This document shows, piece by piece, positions 9,120 to 18,100 of a stretch of 29,401 nt of DNA. Source of the stretch: a virus (Duplodnaviria; Caudoviricetes). The first letter of the stretch is position 1, and each line of letters opens with the position of its first letter. The stretch is from IMG/VR virus record IMGVR_UViG_3300035140_000038, positions 1 through 29,401 of that record; one strand, given 5' to 3'. A program made the translations under genes and the position numbers. The notes under the pieces are model-generated. The model worked only from the letters and a program-made list of their open reading frames with translations, did no database searches and had not been told where the DNA came from.

Positions 9120-9431
9120 ATGAAAAAGTATTTGATTATTGCTTTATTGTTATTAGTATTGTTTGCTGGGTACGTTTTTGCAAGGCAATACCTGAGTGGA
9201 TTTGGAATTGCAGAAATAAATGAAAGTGATCCGGTAGTAAGTTATTTTGGCTTTACGTCCACTCGTGGCGAAACTGATTGGTATATAATGCGATCAAGTG
9301 AGGCTGTTACTGGCGTAACCGAATATAGATATGTTACTGGGGATGCGAATTTCGATATATATTGGTCAAGTAGAACATTTTTAAATTATCAAAAATATGA
9401 AGATATTTATAATGTGCCGCCACTAAATTAA
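9120..9431 (+). CDS. Signal-peptide protein, small phage family with a W-x-x-R-x-x-L-x-Y C-terminus
   Basis: RBS AGGAGG; N-terminal MKKYLIIALLLLVLFAGYVFA; YFG...WYIMR...YRY..G...F...WSSRTFLNY pattern. Confidence 0.7.
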   Translation: MKKYLIIALLLLVLFAGYVFARQYLSGFGIAEINESDPVVSYFGFTSTRGETDWYIMRSSEAVTGVTEYRYVTGDANFDIYWSSRTFLNYQKYEDIYNVPPLN

Positions 9432-9442
9432 GAGGTAAATAA

Positions 9443-11050
9443 ATGAAAAGAATAAAAATATTAATATTACTATTTTTAGTTTTTGGAATTTCTAAAAGTT
9501 TTGCTTCTATCCCGAAAAAAGTAACAGTAAGTCCAACTGGTCAATTGCAATGGCTTAATACTTCAGACGGAACGTTAACATCTACCGGAACATTAATTCT
9601 TGACGGGCATATAGAAGTGCAAGAAGGGCAAGAAAAAACTTTTGTAGATATGCCAGTGTCAACGACGACAGCTGGACTTATCCGAAGCTATGATAATGAA
9701 ATGGACGGCAACAAAGTTTTTGCAATTGAAGGCTTAACCGACGGTGGAGGTGGAATTGTAGACACTAAATTAAGAATATATGATAATTCATACCTCCAAC
9801 TCGGTTCTACTACTACTGCTATGGGGTTCCGCAATAATAATAATAGTATACAAATGAAAGACATTAATACTGGTAATTGGCGGAGTATAATAGGTGCAAG
9901 AACTGTATATGTTAATAGCTTGCAAGATATTATAGATAACGCTACGTTTGACGGATACAATATTACTTTTCAAAGTGGGGCAAATTATGAGATACACAAT
10001 ACTATATACAGTCCTTATCCATTTAATTACCCCATTGGCGGGTTTGTTAGTATTAGGCATGCAGTACCAGGTGATACAGTATTAGTTAATATATCAACAA
10101 GCACGATGCACAATGCCATCGCTCCAGGACTGATCACAATGTTTGATGGCGTGCAAAGCTCCCCATTTGCTCCATTTTTCAATATAAATGGAACTTCTGA
10201 TGGCATCATTGCTATAAGTAGATTTGTTATTAACGGGACTACCGATTTGGGGAATATCAATACTGTCCAAACTTTTAATGATTTTTTCCTCGCGCAAGAC
10301 ATCGGAGAAGGTATAAAATTTAATAATAATGCTGCTTTGGTTTTTAGAAATTCCGGAGCTGGGGCTTGGAAGAATTTAGTTAGCTCAACAACTATGATTA
10401 CTGTTGATGGTTTTTTAAATTATTATCAAATACATAATTGTGCTTTCATACCAGGTTCAAATGAATATATATTTGATTTCGAGCCTACTATGTCAACATT
10501 ATCAAGTGTTCTTGCTGATAATAATATAGTTTTAGAAGGTGCCGGCATATTTGCGCCCGGCAGCCAAAAACAAGAGCAACTGACTGGGAAATATGCAGGA
10601 AATACAAAACTTAGAGACAGCCAAGTTTTTACTAATATTTATTTCGAGGGAAATGCAACAGCCACGCCTATTGCGGGTATCAGTGTTTCAACTGGGATCA
10701 TAGCAGATATTTTTGTAGAAAAAAATACTGAAAGAATAGTTGTGAGTACAACAACTGGAGTAGTAACATATATAGGGTTAGAAGATGTAGTGTTGAAAAT
10801 TCAAGGGAATTGTATTATGGAACCTGTAAGCGGCGGCACACAAATATTGAATGTTTACACATATTTAAATGGTGTTGAAGTCAATGGAAGTAAGGGTACA
10901 ACATCGACAAGTCCGACTAACCCAAGATCAGCATCTTTTTTCGTTTCAGTTTCGCTAAAAACTAATGATAAATTACAATTTTTTGTAGAAAATGAAACCG
11001 CTGCAAATAACATATTAGTAATCAACTTTCATGCCTTAATTTCTGATTGA
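9443..11050 (+). CDS. Signal-peptide, beta-rich fibre/adhesin-like protein (possible beta-helix + C1q/TNF-like C-terminal jelly-roll)
   Basis: MKRIKILILLFLVFGISKSFA signal; Thr/Gly/Asn-rich beta segments; C-terminal VSLKTNDKLQFFVEN. Confidence 0.6.
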   Translation: MKRIKILILLFLVFGISKSFASIPKKVTVSPTGQLQWLNTSDGTLTSTGTLILDGHIEVQEGQEKTFVDMPVSTTTAGLIRSYDNEMDGNKVFAIEGLTDGGGGIVDTKLRIYDNSYLQLGSTTTAMGFRNNNNSIQMKDINTGNWRSIIGARTVYVNSLQDIIDNATFDGYNITFQSGANYEIHNTIYSPYPFNYPIGGFVSIRHAVPGDTVLVNISTSTMHNAIAPGLITMFDGVQSSPFAPFFNINGTSDGIIAISRFVINGTTDLGNINTVQTFNDFFLAQDIGEGIKFNNNAALVFRNSGAGAWKNLVSSTTMITVDGFLNYYQIHNCAFIPGSNEYIFDFEPTMSTLSSVLADNNIVLEGAGIFAPGSQKQEQLTGKYAGNTKLRDSQVFTNIYFEGNATATPIAGISVSTGIIADIFVEKNTERIVVSTTTGVVTYIGLEDVVLKIQGNCIMEPVSGGTQILNVYTYLNGVEVNGSKGTTSTSPTNPRSASFFVSVSLKTNDKLQFFVENETAANNILVINFHALISD

Positions 11051-11063
11051 TAAGGAGAAAAAA

Positions 11064-11498
11064 ATGAGAATATATATATTATTGTATTTGTTATTCTATT
11101 TAGGGTGTGCTTCTCCGACGGGAACCTTTCAAAAAAATACAAAAACATTAAATGATTTTAAAGTTCAAACAGTAAATGGGGAAGGGGGTAAATACGATAT
11201 TGTAAAATTAGCGACTATCTATTCAGATGATGCTCAAGAAATTATAAATAAAAATGTTAAAATTTTGCAATTTGCAAAAAAAATAAAAATAATCGGGTAC
11301 AATAAAAATAAAGAAAAAGGACTTAAGAGTGCGAATATTGTAAAAGATTATTATGAAATAGAATTGCAAAAATACAGAGATAAAAAACAAATGAGTATAA
11401 AAGGTGGCATAAATTATAAACCGCCGTCTAAAGTCATAATTGAAATAGATGCTTTCGAAGGGGACTCAAAAGTTGAAACATTCATTATTTGTAGGTAA
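11064..11498 (+). CDS. Putative lipoprotein, possibly with a degenerate OmpA-C-like domain
   Basis: Lipobox YLGC after a hydrophobic stretch; KIKIIGY...GLKSANIVKDYY...KVETFI loosely resembles OmpA-C. Confidence 0.55.
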   Translation: MRIYILLYLLFYLGCASPTGTFQKNTKTLNDFKVQTVNGEGGKYDIVKLATIYSDDAQEIINKNVKILQFAKKIKIIGYNKNKEKGLKSANIVKDYYEIELQKYRDKKQMSIKGGINYKPPSKVIIEIDAFEGDSKVETFIICR

Positions 11499-11502
11499 TT
11501 TC

Positions 11503-14010
11503 ATGAACATGAAAAAGATAATAATAATTATATTGACATTATTATATTATAATATTCTATATGCAAATATTGTAATTGAAGATACTGGCACTAACCATAT
11601 TGTAATTGAAGATACTGACACTATTGATAATTCAATTAATTCTAATACGGAACGCTCTACAACTGGAAGCATTTTTGATTTTGAAGGGTTAATGAAAAAT
11701 GCAAAAATCAATGAGATGAGGTTTGAGGGAAGTAGGCGTGTAGAAAATTTACTAAAATATTCTAATAATTTTCTTCAAGATGAATGGATAGAACAATTAA
11801 CTGCAACAAAAGTAGGGGAAACAGATATTGTTGGACCAAGTGGGGATGTTGAAAAAGTGTTGGAACTTTCTTTTGGGACTAATCCTTCGTCTAGCATATA
11901 TCAAACTGGCGTTTTTCAAAATGTGATAGGTTCAAGTGCAACAGCAAGTATATATGCTAGAACTGTGTCGGGATCAACTACTATTAGACTATATGTGGGA
12001 GGGGTTTACTCTCCTAATATTAGTATTAATGAAAACTGGAAAAGAATATCATTCACAAACACAACTGAAAGTGCTAACACTGCTTTTTACATTAAGAATA
12101 ATTCTGCTGGAAATGCAAGCAATGTATACATTGCGAAAGCAATGGCAGAAGATGTAACAGGCCAAACAAATCAAAATCCGAGTGAATTTACTTTGAAGCA
12201 GTGGCAGCGAGAGAACTTATTTTTTGATGGGGTGGATGACTATGTAGGCATAAATTCAAAATTCCCAGAGTTCAATAATTTAAGTCAATTTTCAATTTCT
12301 TTTAAAACAGGAAGGTCTGTATATGAATATTACGCAAAGGTTTTTGAGTGGCAACCAGTTCCGGACGAAAACAAATTACATATAGCTCCTTTTTCTACGT
12401 GGAGAAATGGTTTTCATATTTATATAAATGGGCATCTTGATTTTTCTCCTTTTGTGGCTGATGATGCTGGAGGGATTTATTATTATACTGTTGCCTATAA
12501 TGGGAGTGAAGTAAAACTCTATAGAGATGGAGAATTTAAAGGAAGTCTGCCCAAAATAGGCTTCAACACGGGAACAGCAAATGCTTTTTCTTTTGGAAAA
12601 GCTAATTATTTCGAAGGGATTATTGCGGATATGCAAGTTCACTCAAGAGAAATAAATTTAACAGAAGTCCAACAAATTCATCAAGGGAATGTAATAACAT
12701 CAGGCTTAATAGGTCTTTGGAAACTAAATGAAACAGAAGGTGAAATAGCCTATGATACAAGTGGGAATAATAATCATGGAACTCTACAAGACTTTAATTT
12801 ATTCCCCAAATACTATGAAACAGAAAATGCAAATACAGTTGTGTCGAATATAGTAAGTGAAGCTACAGGCAATTTAATCTCTGAAGAAAAAAAGAAAGGT
12901 GTGTTGATTGAGGAACAAAGAACTAATTTTTTGATTCAAAGTGAAAATTACTTAGCATGGCCATTCAATGATAATATTAATATCACAAATAATACACATA
13001 TTGCTCCAGATGGTAAACAAACAGCTGATACATTGACCGATACCGCTTTTGATGGATTACATAGAATATACCAACAGGCAGTGCCTATCGGAGACAATAC
13101 ATATTCCGCTTCTATTTTTGTTCACAAAAATAGTTCTATTCCTTTCATGCAAATTCGCTTTGGAGGCGGTGCTGGGTATGTTTGGGCTAATTTTGATGTG
13201 CAGAACGGACTAGTTGGAAATTCAGGAATCTCCGGCAACGGAATAATAAAATCAATAAATATTTTTTCCTATGACAATTATTATTGGAAAATTGAAATTG
13301 TTGGAAGTTTGAATCTTATTAGTGTAAGACCTTTTGTTATATCCATGTTGGATATTGATTTCAATGGTATCGGGCGAAACTATCTTGGTACTGGAGATAC
13401 TTTGATTATTTGGGGTGCACAATTAGAGCAAGGATCATTTCCAACTTCATATATCAAAACAGCAGCAACAACAGTAACTAGAACTTCTGACAATTTAACG
13501 TATGAGTTAGAATATTTCCCGCAAGAATTTATAATATCTGCAGATATTACGCCTATTTCAGACGGCAATAATTATGCTGCAGGAGAATTTAGATTTTTCA
13601 GTACCGACGATAGTAGAGGGAATAATTACAAAATTAGAACTTTTGGTGCGGCGGCTTATGGATTCCAACTTCAGGGAGGTGGTGGCAATTTTAATTTAGA
13701 TACAGCTGATTTTCAGAAAGGGATTACAGCAAAATTATCTTTTGTTTTGAAACAAGAAGGTGGTAATATTAGAGCAAAAATAATAAAAGATGGGATAGAG
13801 AAATTAAATACTGCTATAGCTGGAACTTTAGACCATTCTAATTCTGGGATATTGAATATAGGGAAATTTGGAACAGATCGGTTCAATGGAAATTTCAAAA
13901 ATATAGAATTGATTGATTTAGCAATCGACGAAAAAATAATTGATGCTAAAAATACAACAAATATATTCTTAAAAAAATCAGATAGGAAAATAAATTTAGG
14001 AGGAAACTAA
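11503..14010 (+). CDS. Large signal-peptide protein with a LamG/ConA-like domain and phage head-spike/fibre-type carbohydrate-binding-like modules
   Basis: Probable start ATG 11503 or 11509 (MNMKKIIIIILTLLYYNILYA); FDGVDDYV...GLIGLWKLNETEGEIAYDTSGNNNHGT (LamG); GVLIEEQRTN and IWGAQLEQGSFPTSYIKT...VTR fibre motifs. Confidence 0.75.
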   Translation: MNMKKIIIIILTLLYYNILYANIVIEDTGTNHIVIEDTDTIDNSINSNTERSTTGSIFDFEGLMKNAKINEMRFEGSRRVENLLKYSNNFLQDEWIEQLTATKVGETDIVGPSGDVEKVLELSFGTNPSSSIYQTGVFQNVIGSSATASIYARTVSGSTTIRLYVGGVYSPNISINENWKRISFTNTTESANTAFYIKNNSAGNASNVYIAKAMAEDVTGQTNQNPSEFTLKQWQRENLFFDGVDDYVGINSKFPEFNNLSQFSISFKTGRSVYEYYAKVFEWQPVPDENKLHIAPFSTWRNGFHIYINGHLDFSPFVADDAGGIYYYTVAYNGSEVKLYRDGEFKGSLPKIGFNTGTANAFSFGKANYFEGIIADMQVHSREINLTEVQQIHQGNVITSGLIGLWKLNETEGEIAYDTSGNNNHGTLQDFNLFPKYYETENANTVVSNIVSEATGNLISEEKKKGVLIEEQRTNFLIQSENYLAWPFNDNINITNNTHIAPDGKQTADTLTDTAFDGLHRIYQQAVPIGDNTYSASIFVHKNSSIPFMQIRFGGGAGYVWANFDVQNGLVGNSGISGNGIIKSINIFSYDNYYWKIEIVGSLNLISVRPFVISMLDIDFNGIGRNYLGTGDTLIIWGAQLEQGSFPTSYIKTAATTVTRTSDNLTYELEYFPQEFIISADITPISDGNNYAAGEFRFFSTDDSRGNNYKIRTFGAAAYGFQLQGGGGNFNLDTADFQKGITAKLSFVLKQEGGNIRAKIIKDGIEKLNTAIAGTLDHSNSGILNIGKFGTDRFNGNFKNIELIDLAIDEKIIDAKNTTNIFLKKSDRKINLGGN
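11567..11623 (+). repeat. 30-bp-period tandem duplication (IVIEDT x2) right after the signal peptide
   Basis: ATATTGTAATTGAAGATACTG(G/A)CACTA at 11567-11593 and 11597-11623. Confidence 0.9.
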
Positions 14011-14011
14011 A

Positions 14012-14527
14012 TTGGAAGTTATAATATATTTTACAGAGCTTATCCCACCATATTTTAATGATGGTCATCGACGAAAATATAAAGAATTCAAAGTAGAGCA
14101 AAGAATACACGTTGGACGTGATTATGAAGGTAGACAATTAATTGTTGGGATTATGCCTAGTGAGAATATCCCAGCATTAATAGATTTTTTAATTTCATTG
14201 AATAAAGAACCTAAAATATGTGATGTCAGAAAAAGGAATGGTGTTAGATATGGTTTTAGGGCGAAAGATGTAAGATCAGAAGAAGACAAAATAAATGGAT
14301 TGTATAAATATAAAATATTGCCGATCGCGGATGAAGAAGAAAATATTATAGAGCCTTACCTTATTGATGAAGCAGAAAGAGCTAAACATTTTCAACCCTA
14401 CGAAGCAGAAATAAATGGTGAGAAAATCAAAATTACTCCTCCAGATACTTCTTTTGGCGGATGGGCAAACTGGGATGAAAGAGTTGTTGAAGATCAAAAT
14501 GGTGAATTTTCAGGAAGAAAATTGTAA
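14012..14527 (+). CDS. Hypothetical protein (possible fibre-associated chaperone)
   Basis: TTG start after RBS AGGAGG; directly follows the large fibre-like gene. Confidence 0.65.
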   Translation: MEVIIYFTELIPPYFNDGHRRKYKEFKVEQRIHVGRDYEGRQLIVGIMPSENIPALIDFLISLNKEPKICDVRKRNGVRYGFRAKDVRSEEDKINGLYKYKILPIADEEENIIEPYLIDEAERAKHFQPYEAEINGEKIKITPPDTSFGGWANWDERVVEDQNGEFSGRKL

Positions 14528-14556
14528 TGCAATTATTAATAATTGGAGGTAAAATA

Positions 14557-14766
14557 ATGAAATTAAAAGAAATTATAGAAACAGGATTAAGCACTTTTTC
14601 GACGAGTGCAAGCAAGATGTGTTCTTTTTTATTGATTATATTTTTGTTTATTGTAACTATGTTATTAATTAGTCATAAGCAGTATACAATTATGATTCAA
14701 TTCATAAGCATCACTGTCCCATTTATTGTAGGGTTGTTAAGTGTGAAGACACTTAAGCAAAAATAG
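14557..14766 (+). CDS. Putative holin (2 TM segments)
   Basis: ATG 14557 after GGAGGT; two hydrophobic helices and a basic C-terminus; upstream of the endolysin. Confidence 0.55.
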   Translation: MKLKEIIETGLSTFSTSASKMCSFLLIIFLFIVTMLLISHKQYTIMIQFISITVPFIVGLLSVKTLKQK

Positions 14767-14794
14767 TTTTCAAAATAGTAAACAAAGAGGTTTC

Positions 14795-15277
14795 ATGAAA
14801 AAATATCTAATAATAACAATTTTAGGCTTAGTTACTGCTAATATCTTTAGTGTATCAAGTTGTAGGAAAGCAGAATTAATTTTAAAGGAAAAACAAAGTA
14901 ATAATGAAATAAGAAAAGATGCTTTAAAAAACCCAGCTAAAGAGGATTTGGGCGAGACAAAAAAAGTAATAAAACCTGCGACAGAAACAAGAACAAAAAC
15001 AACTACAAAAAAAACTAACGGTGAAGTTATAATAAAAGAAGTAGTTAAGTATATTAAAGGTGATACAATTATAGAATATGTCGACAATGGTAGCATTACA
15101 AAGCCTGTATACCCTGATTTTGAGCCGGATGTAAGGCGTTGGTCATTAATAGGAATAAGTGATTTAAAAGGCAAATATGGCGGTGGTATTAGCTATAGAT
15201 TTTTTGAAAAAATACCTGTTGAGTTAGGAGCTATGTATATTGATAATCCTTACTTTTTATTTTTACTGAGGTTTTGA
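14795..15277 (+). CDS. Membrane/lipoprotein in the lysis module (spanin-like candidate)
   Basis: N-terminal hydrophobic segment ending VSSC, charged middle region, amphipathic C-terminus GGGISYRFF...FLLRF. Confidence 0.5.
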   Translation: MKKYLIITILGLVTANIFSVSSCRKAELILKEKQSNNEIRKDALKNPAKEDLGETKKVIKPATETRTKTTTKKTNGEVIIKEVVKYIKGDTIIEYVDNGSITKPVYPDFEPDVRRWSLIGISDLKGKYGGGISYRFFEKIPVELGAMYIDNPYFLFLLRF

Positions 15278-15278
15278 G

Positions 15279-15749
15279 ATGCCGATTAACTGTAAAATGA
15301 ATGTTGAATGCGTTAAGAAATTTTCATATTTTGAAAATGAGATCGAAAATTTAAAAAATTCATTAAAAGAAGAAAAAAAATATACTAAAAAATTTCAAGT
15401 AGATACATTGTCTAAAATTGATAGCTTAGAAAAAGAGATGCGAACAATGAATGTCAGTAATGCAAGTTTTAGTATACGTTTAAAAGAGTTATCTTATGAC
15501 TTGCAAATTATTAGAGAAACACTTAAAACAATAAGCAGTGTTTCATATACAAATGAGCAGGCAAGGTTATCTGATAAGGCGGCTATTGATAAGAATTCTG
15601 CTGAAATAAAGGCTTTCAATAAGCATTTAAAAGATCGTGTTGCAATGATATTAATTACATTAGTTGCAACTTGTGTTGGAGTGTTTGCTTCTTTAGGTGG
15701 TTTGACTTTGCTTTTTTTAAAAATTACAAAAGAAATAATTGGTAAATAA
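15279..15749 (+). CDS. Coiled-coil protein with a C-terminal TM helix (holin/lysis accessory candidate)
   Basis: Heptad-like body, C-terminal hydrophobic stretch, immediately before the endolysin. Confidence 0.55.
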   Translation: MPINCKMNVECVKKFSYFENEIENLKNSLKEEKKYTKKFQVDTLSKIDSLEKEMRTMNVSNASFSIRLKELSYDLQIIRETLKTISSVSYTNEQARLSDKAAIDKNSAEIKAFNKHLKDRVAMILITLVATCVGVFASLGGLTLLFLKITKEIIGK

Positions 15750-15751
15750 TC

Positions 15752-16123
15752 ATGCCAAAATTTAGTAAATTATCACAGACCAGACTTGCTACTTGCCATC
15801 TTGATATTCAAATTGTTATGGAAAAAGCAATCAAGTATTATAATTTTAGTGTTGTGTGTGGGCACAGAAGCGAACAAGAACAGAATAAAGCTTATCGACA
15901 AGGGTTTTCTAAATTAATATATCCTAATAGTAGGCATAATAAAACCCCATCGACTGCAATTGATATAGTGCCATATCCTATTGATTGGCATAATATCAAT
16001 AGATTCTATCAAATGGCTGGTGTTGTATTAACAATTGCAAAACAATCTTTTATTGTCTTAGAATGGGGAGGCAATTGGCAAACATTTAAAGACTACCCGC
16101 ATTTTCAGTTGAAGAAAAAATAG
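15752..16123 (+). CDS. Endolysin, peptidase M15 family (L-Ala-D-Glu type)
   Basis: GHRSEQEQ, SRHN...AID, WGGNW and DYPHFQL zinc-peptidase motifs. Confidence 0.92.
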   Translation: MPKFSKLSQTRLATCHLDIQIVMEKAIKYYNFSVVCGHRSEQEQNKAYRQGFSKLIYPNSRHNKTPSTAIDIVPYPIDWHNINRFYQMAGVVLTIAKQSFIVLEWGGNWQTFKDYPHFQLKKK

Positions 16124-16152
16124 TTGACAAAAATTGTTATATGTAGTATTAT
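16124..16152 (+). promoter_or_regulatory. Sigma70-type promoter
   Basis: TTGACA (16124-16129), 17-nt spacer, TATTAT (16147-16152). Confidence 0.75.
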
Positions 16153-16158
16153 ATATAT

Positions 16159-16436
16159 TGTATCCTGGAAGTTATCACTTCCAGTACCTAGTCTTCTCGA
16201 AAGCTAGGTAGAAAAAGTAGCGGGGTTGTAGACATACATCCCCAGCAGATATATAATCACTGCGTAGCGGGGGTTATATGTGAAAGGTTCTTTTCCGTCG
16301 ACAAAAACTCAAGCAGTTTTTAATTTGCCTAACCCCACCGGCAAGTTATAGTCGGAAAAGTCAAAGCCTACTTAATATGAAGGTCGGCTACATGCCGTAG
16401 TTTGAAAAAACTTAGTATTAGGTAGGCTTTTCTTTT
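16159..16436 (+). ncRNA. Candidate ~280-nt structured non-coding RNA
   Basis: No ORF of 60 aa or more; GC-richer than flanks; consecutive hairpins, a possible pseudoknot, own promoter and terminal stem. Confidence 0.6.
16363..16436 (+). terminator. Long terminal stem / intrinsic terminator
   Basis: AAAGCCTACTTAATA / TATTAGGTAGGCTTT followed by TCTTTT. Confidence 0.65.
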
Positions 16437-16445
16437 GGTATAGAA

Positions 16446-16512
16446 CTTGACAAATTGCAGTATAATTTGTATAATATGTTATAACAAAATTAAAAAGGAG
16501 GAAGGGGAAATG
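16446..16512 (+). promoter_or_regulatory. Early promoter/RBS cassette, copy 1
   Basis: CTTGACAAATTGCAGTATAATTTGTATAAT (TTGACA-17-TATAAT) ... AAAAGGAGGAAGGGGAAATG. Confidence 0.92.
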
Positions 16513-16710
16513 AATAAATTAGAGTTACTCAGAGCCAAAATAAAATCACTAAGTATCCCAATGCTAAAGGAAGTTTTAGAAAAAATTGATAAATTACACA
16601 CGGAATCTGGAGACATTATTTTTGAAGAAGGATTAAAAATTTTAGAAGAAAAAATGTTAGAATATCAATCAAAAAAAGATTTTATTAATTTTTGCAATAA
16701 ATTGAGTTAA
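16510..16710 (+). CDS. Hypothetical early protein (66 aa)
   Basis: ATG 16510 after the cassette RBS; the ORF-track start at 16447 lies in the -35 box. Confidence 0.8.
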   Translation: MNKLELLRAKIKSLSIPMLKEVLEKIDKLHTESGDIIFEEGLKILEEKMLEYQSKKDFINFCNKLS

Positions 16711-16728
16711 TTTTCTTTTGGGATAGGG

Positions 16729-16795
16729 CTTGACAAATTGCAGTATAATTTGTATAATTAATTATACAAAATAAAAAAAGGAGGAAGGGGAAATG
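16729..16795 (+). promoter_or_regulatory. Early promoter/RBS cassette, copy 2
   Basis: Identical 30-bp promoter core at 16729-16758 and the same RBS/ATG. Confidence 0.92.
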
Positions 16796-17377
16796 GAAAG
16801 AAAAGAAATGAAAGAATTAATTAGAAGATGCGGGCTAGTATATCGTGGAGAGTTAAGGGCTAACATTAGCTGGATGCAGAAAGCCGAGCGAGAAAAAATG
16901 ATAGCAATAATTAAGAAGAATAAAAAAGAAATACTAGATAATATCGACGATATCAGATCAGAATTATATCGCGAAGAAAAAAATATAGAAAATGAAGAAA
17001 AAGAAAAACGAGAAGCTGAAGAAAAAATTGAATATGCGCCATTAATGAAATTCTTAGACGGAAAATATCCCATTCGAAAAAATATAAATGCAGATGAAAA
17101 TAAGTATAATGAAATGGTAAACAAAATCAATAATTTCAAAAATAAATACCAAAATGAAGGCGAAGATGAAGGACTTTTTCACGCGGGAGAACATGAAAAA
17201 AGTAAGTTAATAATGGAATTGAAAGAATGTTGTAATCATAAATATACAATTAAATACGAAAAAGATAGAATGGGTTCCAGTGATAATTATGCGAAAGTGT
17301 TAATTAGAAAAATACATTGTGAAAAATGCGGTGATAATGCAACACATGATGTTTCCGATTTTGATTTGAAAAAATAA
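16793..17377 (+). CDS. Hypothetical early protein (C-terminal Cys/His cluster)
   Basis: Cassette RBS; CCNH...HCEKC. Confidence 0.8.
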   Translation: MERKEMKELIRRCGLVYRGELRANISWMQKAEREKMIAIIKKNKKEILDNIDDIRSELYREEKNIENEEKEKREAEEKIEYAPLMKFLDGKYPIRKNINADENKYNEMVNKINNFKNKYQNEGEDEGLFHAGEHEKSKLIMELKECCNHKYTIKYEKDRMGSSDNYAKVLIRKIHCEKCGDNATHDVSDFDLKK

Positions 17378-17453
17378 AAAAGATGAAAATGAAATCAAGC
17401 GAATAATATTAATTAAGGTATTAGAATATGCGGAACTATTTTAGAGGCTTATA

Positions 17454-17786
17454 ATGAAAAATGAAAAAATAATAGAAAATATAAAAACAGTAAAAGAATA
17501 TTTTGCACAATTTAAAAGACCTATAAATATTTCTAAATGTTATTACAAGAAAATTGAAGGGTATCAAATAGCTTACGACTTAGGTTGGTTATGGTCTGAA
17601 AATATTATTGATGATTGGTTTTATAATCCTAAAGAATTGTCATCAATGATTAATTATACAATGAGAATATCTGATGGATTAATTATTAAGGAAGTCAAAA
17701 TACAAGAGTTAAATAATATTATAGACTTATTCAGAGACACAGTTAAAATGCTTTCTAAAAATGAAAAAATAAAGGATTATATATGA
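17454..17786 (+). CDS. Hypothetical protein
   Basis: ORF with RBS GAGG, in a co-directional operon. Confidence 0.7.
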   Translation: MKNEKIIENIKTVKEYFAQFKRPINISKCYYKKIEGYQIAYDLGWLWSENIIDDWFYNPKELSSMINYTMRISDGLIIKEVKIQELNNIIDLFRDTVKMLSKNEKIKDYI

Positions 17787-18100
17787 AAATAACAACATTT
17801 TTTTTGCGCGGAGGTTATAGAGATAATATTAAAGTAACAGCATCTATTATTAAGGGAATAAAAAAAGATAATACTTTTGACAAGCAAATGAAACAATATC
17901 GATTTATAAGTGAATGTTCAGCCAAACATATTTACTATGATTATTATTTTGATGGCGAAGATGGTGATTTGGTAGAAATTTATGAAAAATCAGAATATAT
18001 ACAAAACGTTAAATACTATAAGGTTTTATATGGGGAATTAAAAGAAATTAATGTTGGTTATATTGTAAAATATTTCAAGGATGTGAAATATGCCGAATAA
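17783..18100 (+). CDS. Hypothetical protein
   Basis: ATGA overlap with the upstream ORF. Confidence 0.7.
   Translation: MKITTFFLRGGYRDNIKVTASIIKGIKKDNTFDKQMKQYRFISECSAKHIYYDYYFDGEDGDLVEIYEKSEYIQNVKYYKVLYGELKEINVGYIVKYFKDVKYAE

Noticed and set aside
6729-14010. Diversity-generating retroelement or invertible fibre cassette
   Set aside because: No reverse transcriptase or invertase in the window, and no template/variable repeat pair noticed by eye.
16330-16339. ncRNA loop acting in trans on the replication leader (GGGGT/ACCCC)
   Set aside because: Only 5 contiguous base pairs; too weak to claim.
16447-16509. ORF-track start at TTG 16447
   Set aside because: This TTG is the -35 box; the real start is ATG 16510.
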